Part shown: positions 52,868-64,000 of the stretch, one piece after another
Position numbering within the stretch: position 1 is the stretch's first letter
Layout: every line of letters begins with the position of its first letter
NCBI GenBank assembly: GCA_951406725.2
Contig: OX597836.1
Span: 50,530,001 to 50,594,000, forward strand
Reading direction: 5' to 3'
From: Octopus vulgaris
Taxonomy: Eukaryota
Length of the DNA stretch: 64,000 bases
Notes under the pieces: generated by a model
The model's database searches: none
The model's input: only the letters and a program-made list of their open reading frames with translations
Told to the model about the DNA's origin: nothing
Made by a program: the position numbers and the translations under genes

Positions 52868-52944
52868 CAAAGACAGACAATTTATCCAACTACAGTCAAC
52901 TAAAACTAGTTTTCAACAATAGCCTTCATCCAGTCTGTCTTTTG
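52868..52944 (-). promoter_or_regulatory. SECIS element (type II) in the GPx4-like 3'UTR
   Basis: Minus strand: helix I agacagac/gtctgtct; core AUGAA...GGAU; helix II ggcuauuguu/gacuguaguu; apical AAA plus mini-stem acua/uagu. Lies about 70 nt after the stop. Folded by eye. Confidence 0.88.
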
Positions 52945-53014
52945 CAGATTAAAAACCCAAAGTTTTTATCCTCTCCAGGTGTTAAGTTAATCTTACAGGT
53001 CAGTCTCCAGGCAG

Positions 53015-53047
53015 CTACCACAATTTCTCTAAGTCCTTCTCGATCGA
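53015..53047 (-). CDS. GPX4: GPx4-like terminal exon
   Basis: Strong pyrimidine tract ctttttttctctttcag|TCG; [10 protein letters not shown]; TAG at 53015-53017. Confidence 0.88.
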   Translation of the reverse strand, partial: SIEKDLEKLW

Positions 53048-56000
53048 CTGAAAGAGAAAAAAAGTTAAAAAAAAAAAAACGATTCAGAAAGATTACATTG
53101 AAATAATTATTTAATTTATATTTTAATGACAATTAAAAGAAGAAACCACGAGTTACCATTTGATCTAGTTCAATATCATCATCATCAACATTATTACATC
53201 ACTAGCAGTATCGCCCAGTGTTGCTCAGGTTTGTTTCGATCCTTTAGAATTGGAATTTTTGAAAAGTAAAAATTCTGCATTATGTAGCTTGTTATTCTCT
53301 TTAAGTGGACATTTTTCTGGTTGAAATACACTGAAAAATCGCGACACAGCAGTCAAAAAATCGTAATAAATAGGGATTTTCATAGAAAAAAAGCACCATT
53401 TTGATGAAAATAATTTTTGGTGTTAATATGGTCCAATTTGAATTTTTTCTTCTACAGAAGGAAGTGCAAGCCTTCTTCTATCATACTCTCAATTTTGGCC
53501 AACTTGCGCTGCAGAGTCTTGGAGGAGGTAGAGTTAGTTGAAGGCTACCAAACCTGCCATACACAGACAAGAAGTTATATAGAGAGATTTGATGTCCACT
53601 TTTCTATGCCTGCAGGAATCAGATAGAATTTGCCGAGGCAGATTTCCCAGGTTTCGACGTCCTTTCTGTTGCCAACCGTCAACTGTTTCCAAGCAAGGTT
53701 AATATTTCCCATGGCCAGACATGTTTTTCCATTGAAAGAGGAAACCAACAACCTCACTTGTTTAACAGTGATGCTCCTTTACAACCATCATGTAATATCA
53801 GGACATGGGCGTACATACACACACACACGACATGCAGTGGGACTGAACCCCAAATCACATGGCTAGAAAGCTAGCTTGTCAACCACACGGCCAAGTCGAT
53901 TCAGTTTCATTTTAAATATGGGAAAAGAAGGGAGCAGAGAGAGGGGAAGCAGTATAGAGAATTAAGGGTCAACAGATGTTGCTTCCGATAGGATCAGAAA
54001 TAAATAGGAAGACTGGAAATGAAACAATGGATGAATGTTAATAAGGAATAGAGATTAAGTTCAAAAGAGGGAGGCCAAATATTAAAAATATACGAAAGTT
54101 GTGGTGAAAGGAGAGGATTTCAAGTTAGCACAAAAAAAAAAAACCCCCAAAAAAAACCAAACAAAACAAACCAAAAAGAGAAAAAAGCAGAGCGATTTGA
54201 ACTTGGAAATTGGAATTGCAAACACTGAAATGCTACCTGACTTCTTTAAAACCACATTTAACATTTTTTTTTTTAAAAAGAGGAAGAACACATTAGGAAA
54301 GTCAGATTACTGAAACACCTTTGATCATAGGAGATCTGCTTGATCAGGATGGACCTGGGGTTAAACAACTAAAACATCATCATTCTAATTCTTGCCCCAT
54401 GGTGGTGATGAAAATTTTATTTTATTTTCAGGGAGAAGAAAAATTTAAATGTGTTTAAACTTACCTTAGGTTCCTGGTTGGGTGCAAAGCGCTTCACAGG
54501 TGTGCCGTCTTTGTTAATGAGAAATTTGCTGAAATTCCACTTGATGGCACTGAAATGATAAACAGAGTTGAATGACACAGGCATAATGAGCAACCATCTT
54601 CACACCAAATTCTACACTTAGATTAAAACCCAACCCTGCCCAGTCTAGCTTCAACTGCTCTTGTCAGCTATTTCTCTCGTCATTATCAGGTGCCATCCGC
54701 TCTCAGCAGGTTCAATACCAAGGAGATGCATCTGGCTCTCTTCTCTGCCATTCTTACACATTCACCACTTAACAGTTTAGTCTAGTTGATCTTATCAAAC
54801 CAGTTTGTTCTCGGTCTTCTACTCCACCATTTGCCATTTATCTTTCCATCTCATCTTTGTATACTTTCTACTTTTTTGGCTTTTAATAATTGAGAGTAAT
54901 AATCATTTTGTATTTGCTAGTTGTAGCACTTCTTCAGCAGTTCTATGTTTTGTCCAAGATATTCTTAACATTCTTTGAAATGTCCACCTTTCAAAAGCTT
55001 CCAGTTTGTCAGACTGTTCCCATCAGTGTCCCTGTTCCTTCACCATACAATGGCTGCATCTAACACTTAGACAGTCTTTCTCAGGTTTCTGTATGTATAT
55101 ATATACACTAGCAGTATCACCTGGTGTTGCTTGGGTTTGTTTCGACCCTTTAGAATTGGAATTTTTGAAAAGTAAAAGTTTTGCATTATGTAGCTTGTTA
55201 TTCTCTTTAAGTGAACATTTTTCTGGTTGAAATACACTGAAAAATGGCGACACAGCAGTAAAAAAATCGTAAAAAATAGGGATTTTCATAGAAAAAAAGC
55301 ACTTTTTGATGTAAATAATTTTTGGTGTTAACATGGTCTGAAGGAAGAGCAAGCCTTCTTCTATCACACTCTCAATTTTGGTGAACTTGCGCCGCAGGGT
55401 CTCGGAGGAGATAGTGTTAGCTGAAGGCTACCAAACCTGCCATACACAGACAAATTCAGCTTTATATATAGAGAGATATACAATCCTTGCTGTTAAAGCC
55501 TTTGACATGTTTGAGTCTAGATATTTTCCCTTGCAATACATATATATCAATTATCCACCAGACCATATATCATTATGTGCAATGCAGAATTGATTGTCCT
55601 TAATGAAGGTGAGAGAAAAGTTTGGAATCTTTTGCTCTTATATTTTTGTTGCAAACATTCACTGGCAATTATATTTCTTTAAATTTAGCAATAATTACAT
55701 GGGTACCTTTGCCCTCTGTACATGGTTTTAAAAATTGCTCCTAAAATTAATAAGATTTTTCTAGATAATCAACAATGTATTTAATATTGCACATTAAAAA
55801 ACAAAAACATTGAAAGATAAACAAATAGGTTACACACACACACACACACACACACAGAGTGGTGGTGGATTGCTGTCGTGAATGATTGGGGTTTAGTTGT
55901 TTAATCAACTGAGTTATCTGCTCCTGAATTAAGGTGTAAGGGGCTGAACATTGTACAGATTCGTAACCCTGAATGTAAATCATTGGAAGGGTCAAGCATG

Positions 56001-59000
56001 ACAGGGCTATACCTTCTTGAATTGCTCTTAAACTCCAATTTATCACAAAGAAAAGACACCAAAGACAATGGAAACTTTTTATGAATTGGCCAATTTTTTT
56101 TCATCTTATAAAAGAGAAGTGAATCTGTCTATTTGTCCAGCACAACATCTATGAGAGGGAGGGAAAGAAGGGCAAAATCAAAATATACATTACAACATAC
56201 TTTTTGAAAGAGGGGAGGAGAAAAAGTTGCGGAGAGAGTGTGTGTGTGTGAAATAGATAAATTGATAGATAGACAAGTAGTGATTTCACCATAGTAACTA
56301 ATACGTTTTGATTTAACACACAAGAAGTGCAAATCTGCCAATACAATGCAACACACTTCAAAAGAAGACTATAAGTATATGTGTATATAATATATATAGT
56401 TATTTCTTTAGTAGTTTGTGCATGTGTTTCTTTCTTTCAAAATGCAGACAATGCAACACAGACTTGAAAAAAACTTTCACTCTGAATAGAAGAATGAGGA
56501 AAGAAAAGGTTGCTGTTGATAAATACAGTAAGAGAGAGAGAGAGAGAGAGTGTATTGTGTGTGTGAAAGATAGATATATAAGTAGTGTTGTCACCACAGT
56601 AACTAACAAGCTTTGATTAAAAATGCAGGAATTTCAAGTACAAATCTGTCAACAAGAAACAAAAACTGTTTATATATATATATATATACAATCTTGTTTT
56701 TGGTTGTTTGTGTGTGTATTTCTGTGTCTTGCAACATATAGACAATGCAGCATTAAAAAAAAAAGACTTTCACTTTGAACAATTTATGAACGTACATCCA
56801 TGATTCACAAATATTTTTTCCCAGCAGTGGAGCAATCAGCAACAACCTAGCTTCATGGAAGCAAGAGAGGGAATCTTCTTACCAGAAATCTCTTCTGGGA
56901 AAAGGAATAAAATATATCTTTTTGCATTAATTTAATAATTTTTTTGTTCCTTTTCAACAATAGAACTCTTAATAATCTTTGTATTAACTTGTCATTTTTG
57001 ATGGTCCCAGATACCTTTAATCTTTTACTTGGTTGAGGCATTAGACTAGGGCCATACTGGGGCACCACCTTGAAGAATTTTAGCTGAATGAACCCCAGTT
57101 CTTTTTTTCCTATTTATTCTATTGGTCACTCTTGCTGAACTGCTAAGTTACAGAGACTTAAACAAAACCGACACTGGCTGTCAAGTGGTGGTGGAGGGAC
57201 AAACAGACACACACATACACAATGGGCTTCTTTCACCTTCCATCTACCAAATCCACTCATGGAATTTGGGTTGACCAGAAGCTTTAGTAGAAGGAACTTG
57301 TGAAAGGTGCGATGCAGTGGGACTGAACTAAGAACCATGTGGGTGGGAAGCAAACTTCTTAGCCATTCCTGTGCCTCTATAGAAGGAAAGACCACAGCTG
57401 TAATGCTTTTGGTCATACAGCACTTCAATCTAGGCCAGGCTGGAGCAAAACATTAACAAAAAAGAAAAAACCCAACAGCTAATGGAAATTTAAATGGATA
57501 AGAGTGGAGTTTTGTTTGACATAAATTAAAACTTACTTCCATAATGATCCCTTCAGGACACGCTGAAGATCATACCAAAGAGGATGTGCATCGGCACCAT
57601 TGACGTTGATCTTACTAAACATGTCGAAGGTCACATTATATCCCTCGGCAAACTTTTTTATGTCCTCATTACTGCCAGGTTCCTGAAATGTTCAAAGAAG
57701 AAAATGATAAAGAAAGACAGGTGATTGTGTGTTTGTTAGGCAGCTTTAGTCACAAATCAAAAATGGATCTTGAAATTTCCAAAATGTGATGTAAAACGAG
57801 TGAATTCCACAGATGTTGATGAGATAAAGAAAATTATTTTAATAAGGGGCAGCAGAGGGGTCCCTTATTTTTAACTTATTTCAGTCATTGGAATGCAGCC
57901 ATGCTGGAGCACCACCTTGAGCTTTTCGTCTTTCTTTTGTATGGACTTCCACACAGTTTCCATCAATGAAATTCACTCACAAGACATCCATTGGCTCAGG
58001 GTCTTCATAAAAGTACCTGCCTGAGGTGCCACACAGAGGCACTGAACCTACAAGTATGTGGTTGCAAAGAAAGTGCCATAACCACACAGCCAAGCATGCA
58101 CCTACAGGAAGATAGGTTCTAAAAGACAAAACCAAATATTGAAAATTTAACAAACCTGACTTCCAAATTGATTCGATGGAAATGCAAGAATTCGGAGACC
58201 TTTTGATTCCCCATACTTCTCGTACAATTCCTGTAGCTGTCTGTAATTCAAATCTGTCAAACCTCATTTACTTGCTACATTAACAATTAAACATACATGG
58301 CCCCTGAAATAAAATAAAGATAAAAAATAAACAAAACAATCAAAACAAAAGTGACAGGCACAATGATATGGGTTGGATAGGTTTATACAAGATCTATTTT
58401 ACTTGAGTTTAAAAATTTACAGCATTTCAGACTTCATTGGTTGTTTCGGCAAGATTTCTACGGCTGGATTCCTTTCTTAATGCCAACCACTTTAAAGAGT
58501 GTACTGGGGGCTTTTTATGTGGCACCAGCACCAACAGGGTCAGCAAGCACCTTGCAAGATATAAAAGTCAAAAACCCCTCAACTGAGAGGGATCAGTAAT
58601 ATTGGGGTATGTGTGTGTGTGTGGGGGTGTGTGCCAGTTTTAAGATTCAAGGTAAAGAGGGGACATAAATGTTTTGTATTGTGGTTAGATGGGCACTCCA
58701 GTTGGAAAGGAGAGTGAATGACAGATGGAGAGATGTTGGGACATGCCCTTAGGAACATTGGTGGTGGGGAGAATGGGTAAGATGTGATACAGAGATTTGG
58801 AATGAGCGGGATGGTTGACATGTTAGAATCTAAACCTTATATGGCCTACATTGTTGAGATGGCAAGAATTTTGGTGAAGCAACAACACAGAACCCTGCCT
58901 CCCCTATCACAAGATGACCTATCCACAGCCCTCATTTCTGTGCTGTTCTCACCCCAATCACAGTAAATGGAACGGCCAGCTGGCATACATAACACATTCT

Positions 59001-60511
59001 TGGTAATTAGTTTGATTACAGAATTATTGGTTAATTAAAAGTGTTTTGTTTCAATGCTATCCTCTGCTACACAACCTTATTACTCAGTACAGTGTGGAGA
59101 CAAATGTAGATATACAGAGAAACAGGGGGAAACCCCTTGACTTTATATAAATATAAAGACAAAGGGTTTTCACCTGTCCCTGTATCCAATTCACTGAGGC
59201 CCAAATAACTGTTTCCAATTCTGGCACAAGGCCAGAAACTTTGGTGGATGAGGAGGGAGGGTATTAGTTGATTACACTGACTCCAGTACTTGGTATGTAA
59301 TTTATCTTTTAGAGCTTAAAAGGATAAAAATTAAAGTTCACCTCTGTGAGATTTGAACTTACAATTCTGCTGATTGATCGTCCAGTTATAAATAGTGTCT
59401 CCACTGATGGGTTGATCTCAGTCATTAATGACATCCCAATACAGGATTGAAACCAGTCCAGCTGATTACTCTTTCATAGAGATAAGGATGTTCTTGATAT
59501 CCTTAAGAAGAAACTGGCTGATCAGTGTTGAAATGGCCTTGACCATATAGATAGAGGCATGTGATTTCTGGTTAAATTCCAATGTGTGGCACCATGAGCA
59601 AGTGTCTTTTGCTACAGTCCTGTGCTAATGTATGCCTTGTGAGTGGATTTGGTAGATGGAAACTGTGTGAAAGCCCACCCCTCCCCACCATTTATCTCTC
59701 TTCACTACTGAGGCAGCCATGTATCTCCTGCTCCCTTGCAAGAACCCTTATTTCCAACCCTCTCTCTATTCTGACTGACCAGTTCTTGTCAAAGAGTCCA
59801 ACCCATGCTAGCATGTAAAACAGACATATGATGATGATGATGATATACATATATATGTCTATATGTGTGTCTTTATGTCTGTGTTTGTCCTTATAACTTA
59901 GCGGTTCAGCAAAAGTGGCTGATAGATTAAGTACCAGGCTCAAAAGATAAGGACTGTGGTTAAACTGTTCCTTTCAAGGTGGTGCTCCAGCATGGCAGTA
60001 GTCCATTGACAGAAACAAGCAAAAGACATATCTGTTTGCACTGAAATGACCTCCTGAGTCAAAGCAACAACAACATGACTCACATAACAATGAGAGTCCC
60101 TGCATCAGACTCCAAAACACTGCACCACAGTGAACACTAGAACACAAACCTAGCCTGATCATCAGGCATGGTCAGGTGGTCATGAAGCTTACTTTGGAAC
60201 CAGGTGGCTCCAGGTTCAATTTCACTTTGGGCAAGTGTTCTTGTCTACAGCTTTCAGTGGAACAATACTCTGTGATTGAAATTTCATAAACATAAGCACA
60301 GAAACAGACATAGTTTATATCCTGTCTGACCGAACTATCTCTTCCTCCACCAACTTCCACTTTGCATCTTGAGATGGGAAGTTGGAACATTCATGCCTTT
60401 TCTAATGATAGCTGATTAATACACATATAAATCAATCACCAACCTGTACTTTTCCATTGACACTTCATTGCCATCAATGTCGTTGGCCTTGTAGCTGTAA
60501 AAGTCGAATCC
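53015..60511 (-). CDS. GPX4: Phospholipid hydroperoxide glutathione peroxidase (GPx4-like), selenoprotein; start exon not identified
   Basis: Minus-strand exons 60511-60444, 58303-58156, 57682-57537, 54549-54465, 53047-53015, all GT-AG and in phase. Protein [46 protein letters not shown]...[19 protein letters not shown]...[18 protein letters not shown]...[24 protein letters not shown]...[10 protein letters not shown]. The Sec/Gln/Trp/Asn tetrad is present. Confidence 0.93.
53202..53587 (-). mobile_element. Non-autonomous Helitron, copy 1
   Basis: Minus strand starts A|TC.., ends with hairpin remnant cctgagcaacactggg and CTAG|T; homologous to 55108-55476. Confidence 0.75.
54465..54549 (-). 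CDS. GPX4: GPx4-like exon
   Basis: (N)[28 protein letters not shown]; donor gtaagt. Confidence 0.92.
55108..55476 (-). mobile_element. Non-autonomous Helitron, copy 2
   Basis: Same TC...CTAG termini, AT target and subterminal hairpin; high identity to 53202-53587 with a small internal deletion. Confidence 0.75.
57537..57682 (-). CDS. GPX4: GPx4-like exon
   Basis: [48 protein letters not shown]; donor gtaagt. Confidence 0.92.
58156..58303 (-). CDS. GPX4: GPx4-like exon containing the selenocysteine TGA
   Basis: [12 protein letters not shown][TGA 58264-58266][36 protein letters not shown]; 148 nt. Confidence 0.93.
60444..60511 (-). CDS. GPX4: GPx4-like exon ([23 protein letters not shown])
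   Basis: ttttgcag|GGA...TACAG|gttggt on the minus strand; 68 nt. Confidence 0.88.
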
Positions 60512-60656
60512 CTGCAAAATAATAACAATGATTATATGTGTGTGTGCGTACATCCCATCAATTTTCAGTTATAACTTACCTGAAGAACTTATACACCTAC
60601 AGATGATTTTACTTAGTTTGATGTGGCTTTTCTCAAACACAGCAATTGCCAGAATG

Positions 60657-60704
<48 letters not shown>

Positions 60705-60792
60705 TAATCCAAACAAGAAAGCACAAAAAAACACAACAACGCGAGGACGTGGAACAAATATAGTATTATTGGATGCTCAGGAAAGAAGGAGG

Positions 60793-60827
60793 GTTTAACG
60801 TTTCGAGCGGAGCTCTTCATTGGAAAC
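60793..60827 (-). ncRNA. Degenerate minimal hammerhead motif in a short (TA)n-flanked repeat (60703-60910)
   Basis: gttt-CCAATGA-a-gagc-tcc-gctc-GAAA-cg-TT-aaac; the core deviates at U4 and G5. Confidence 0.55.
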
Positions 60828-62732
60828 ATAGGAGAAGGAAAGATCCAGAGAAGGGAAGACAGAGGAAAAAAAAAAATCACCAATGGTACACACGCGGTCA
60901 CATTTTGAATATATATATATATATTGGTTTTTGTATTTGGTTTAAAAGATTCTTGATGTGAACTCGTGAAGGTAATTATGCCAATAATAAAATAAACATG
61001 CACTGGTTCTATTTCACTTCTTTATTTGTCAATTGGTTAAACCAATTGACTAATTGACTGTTTGATTCATCATTCTGTCAATCAATCGGTCAATCAGCTC
61101 AGTTTGTCAAACTCCCGTTCATCAGCAGGCTCTCTCTCATATATATATATTTCAAGTGTGTCTGTCTGTCTGTCTCTCCTACTCAACATCACCATTTATG
61201 ACCTTGTTCCATGCCGGTCTGGGTCGGATGGGTTCTCACAGTTTGATATTAATTCTAGGAGCCATAATGTTCCCACTTGCACTTTTAGTATGGATTCTGC
61301 AGTTGGATGTTATTCTTGGCATCAACCACTTTACAGATGTGTCCATGACTGAGTAACTGTGGACGATAGGAGAGTGATAACTGGGAGAGGGGGTAAAAGG
61401 AGAGAGAGAGAACTACATGCTAGTTGTTGGGCAGGAGACTGAATAGAAAGCAGCAGGATGGGATAGCAATAAAGGTGTGTGAAGGTAACTGGAAGCAAAT
61501 GATGGATAACAACAAAGGGAGGTAATAGAACTGAAAGTGGCAGGTATCAATTAAGAATAACAATGTGGGGAGAGTAAGGGGAGAGGAGAGAGAGAAAGAT
61601 TGAGGGAGAGTCTGGTATAATGAATATGGAAGGGATGGATGGGATTTTTCAGCAGCGAGGTGCAGTTAGGGTTAAATAGAAAACTGAGAAGGATGATGGG
61701 ATTACCAGAGAAAAATGGGAGGTAGGAGTCAATTGAGACACTCACATAGGGAAGGTTAGAGGTATGTGCTGATGTGAGTTTGAGATATTGGAGGTGTGCA
61801 CATATGATGGTCAGCACTCATCATACAGGTATTGTGATGGAGAGGCAGAAGGACTGGCTACAGACAAATCAAACTGCCATTCCCTGCTGCAGGAATGTGC
61901 TGAGCTCCAATATTTTTTTTCTTTGATATGATTTCTAAGTCTGGATGCTCTTTCTAATGCCAACCACTTTGCAGAATGTACCAGCTGCTTTTATTGAGCC
62001 ACTGGCACAAGTGAGGTCACCAAACCCCAAAACGTCTGCCTGTCTGTACAGATGTGCTGCTGTGTCTGCATCTGCTTGTTCGCAGCTGAGCATCTTATGA
62101 AAATTCCTTTACAAATGATGTTGATGGTGGTGTTGTCATCATCCTTGGACTTTGTGACATTAATCAAATAAGAGATTCTTTACTTGAAATGCAAGGTTAG
62201 TGACAGGAAGGGCATCCGGCTGTCAAACAATGTCTCAATAATATACTCATCTAACTCATGCTAGTATAGAAGCAAGGACATAAAACAAACAGAAACTATA
62301 TATGTGTGTGTGTGTGTGTCTGTATTTGTCTCTCACCACTGCTTGACAATCAGTGTTGGTGTTTATCTCCCTACTTAGTGGTTTGGCAAAAACGACTGAT
62401 AAAATAAGGACCAGGTTTTACAAGAGAAAATAATAAGGACTGGGATCAATTTGTTGGACTAAAACTCTTCAAGTTGGTGCCCCAGCATGACCACAGTCTA
62501 ATGACTGAAACAAGGAAAAGATATATATATACACACAAAGTAAGTTTGGGGTTATGGGTGCAACCCACTAAGGGATATATATATAAGATATAAGTTGGAT
62601 GTATGAAAACCATCTAAGGGATAGATGCATCGAGAGACACTCCTGGTAATTACCTGAGTATATATGGTCCTTGTTATAAGGTATATGGTAGTGGTAATTT
62701 AAAAGGTAAACCATAATTTAATGTATACAACA

Positions 62733-63003
62733 ACGATAAGAAAATGGAGAAATAAGTAACAATGAGAAGTGGATCTTTGGTGTTATGAAGCCATTATTTA
62801 ATTAATTAAGATGAGAGTATGTTTACAACTGATATACATCTTTGCTTTCTTTGTTCTGAGGACGTCAATCAATTGCACCCCAGCCTGATATACGGAAACA
62901 GATGTAAACTTACTCAAACATACTCCCATCTTAATTAAATAATGGCTTCATAACACCAAAGATCCACTTCTCATTGTTATTTATTTCTCCATTTTCTTAT
63001 CGT
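62733..63003. repeat. Fold-back/MITE-like inverted repeat (~90 bp arms)
   Basis: acgataagaaaatggagaaataa...ggatctttggtgttatgaagccattatttaatt / aattaaataatggcttcataacaccaaagatcc...tttcttatcgt. Confidence 0.82.
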
Positions 63004-63016
63004 CTTTATATATAGA

Positions 63017-63410
63017 TGTAGGAGTGGCCTGTGGTAAGTAGCTTACTTACCAACCACATGGTTCCGGGTTCAGTCCCACTGCATAGCACCTTGGGCAAGT
63101 GTCTTCTACTATAACCTTGGGTTGACCAAAGCCTTGTGAGTGGATCTGATAGATGGAAACTGAAAGACGCCTGTCATATATACATATATATATATACACA
63201 TGTAGGTATGTATATTTATGTATCTGTGCTTGTCTCTGCACCATCGTTTGACAACCAATGTTGGTATGTTTATGTCCCTGTAACTTAGCAGTTCGGCAAA
63301 GAGACTGATAGAATAAGTACTAGGCTTACAAAGAATAAGTCCTGGGGTAGATTTGTTCGACTAAAGGCCGTGCTCCATCATGGCCATAGTCAAATGACTG
63401 ACACAAATAA
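63017..63410 (+). mobile_element. tRNA-derived SINE (OR-type)
   Basis: Full-length copy, head ggagtggcctgtggtaagtagc...ggttcagtcccactgc. Confidence 0.8.
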
Positions 63411-64000
63411 AAGACTATACACAGACCACATACATATACAGACACATCGAATGTATATAAACATGTTGTAACCAGAGATGTTTTCAACAAGTTCCGACGA
63501 ACCCATTTCCATGCTAATACTAAGTGTGTGTATATAAAGTGCACCTACGCATTGCATATATGGTTTATACACATACTTGCCCAAACAAATGAAAATTGGA
63601 CAACTAATGGAGGTTCCATTTCATTAATTAAGATTCCAGTTGACCAAAATTCTGGCTACACCCAAATATATATACATTTGCACAATATCTGTAATGTATA
63701 CACACATACATTTACATGAGATATGCGATGTATACATAAGCCTCATATACACACACACGTGGTGTGTGCAATGAATTGGAGGGCTTTTAATTGCAGGGAC
63801 TAATAAATGTAATTAAATCCTGTTGAACTGGTAGCAATCAAGTTTTTACTATAAGTATAGAATGGCTGTCACAAAACACAGCATATCCTCTCACTGTTTT
63901 AAGTATTCAGGCCAATCCCTACCCTCATCCACGACCACCACCACAGACACCAGAGTTCCGCTTTCCAACTGGGTATCATCAACTGAAGTAATCTCACTAA

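Noticed and set aside
58264-58266. GPx as a pseudogene because of the in-frame stop
   Set aside because: The TGA is exactly at the catalytic position, all other exons are intact, and a SECIS is present.
62035-62095. ATG-initiated minus-strand stretch as GPx exon 1
   Set aside because: No canonical GT donor in phase and no resemblance to a signal or targeting peptide.

Overview
Repeat-rich, AT-rich eukaryotic genomic DNA. The tRNA-derived SINEs, RTE 3' tails and dense (CA)n/(TA)n tracts point to an octopod cephalopod (inference). Three spliced genes can be reconstructed by hand, mostly invisible in the ORF track. Two are tandem + strand DHRS11-like short-chain dehydrogenases: copy A at 8175-20942 (7 exons, 261 aa) and copy B at 36575-50164 (7 exons, 250 aa). 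The third, converging on them, is a - strand GPx4/PHGPx-type selenoprotein with 5 exons visible (60511->53015), an in-frame TGA at 58264-58266 and a type II SECIS in the 3'UTR. The rest is transposon-derived: three Penelope-like elements (two with clear hammerhead ribozyme motifs, one forming a 3.7 kb palindrome), RTE and CR1 LINEs, two mariner relics, two non-autonomous Helitrons, LTR-like repeats, MITE/fold-back hairpins and many SINEs. Most notable: (i) DHRS11 copy A has an intact ORF but its catalytic YxxxK tyrosine is Phe; (ii) exon 2 is nearly identical between otherwise about 20% diverged paralogues; (iii) there are several intronic hammerheads, and those in the sense strand of host genes carry core-inactivating changes. 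I see no evidence for a wholly new multi-gene system. Parts of 8.7-14 kb look mis-assembled.
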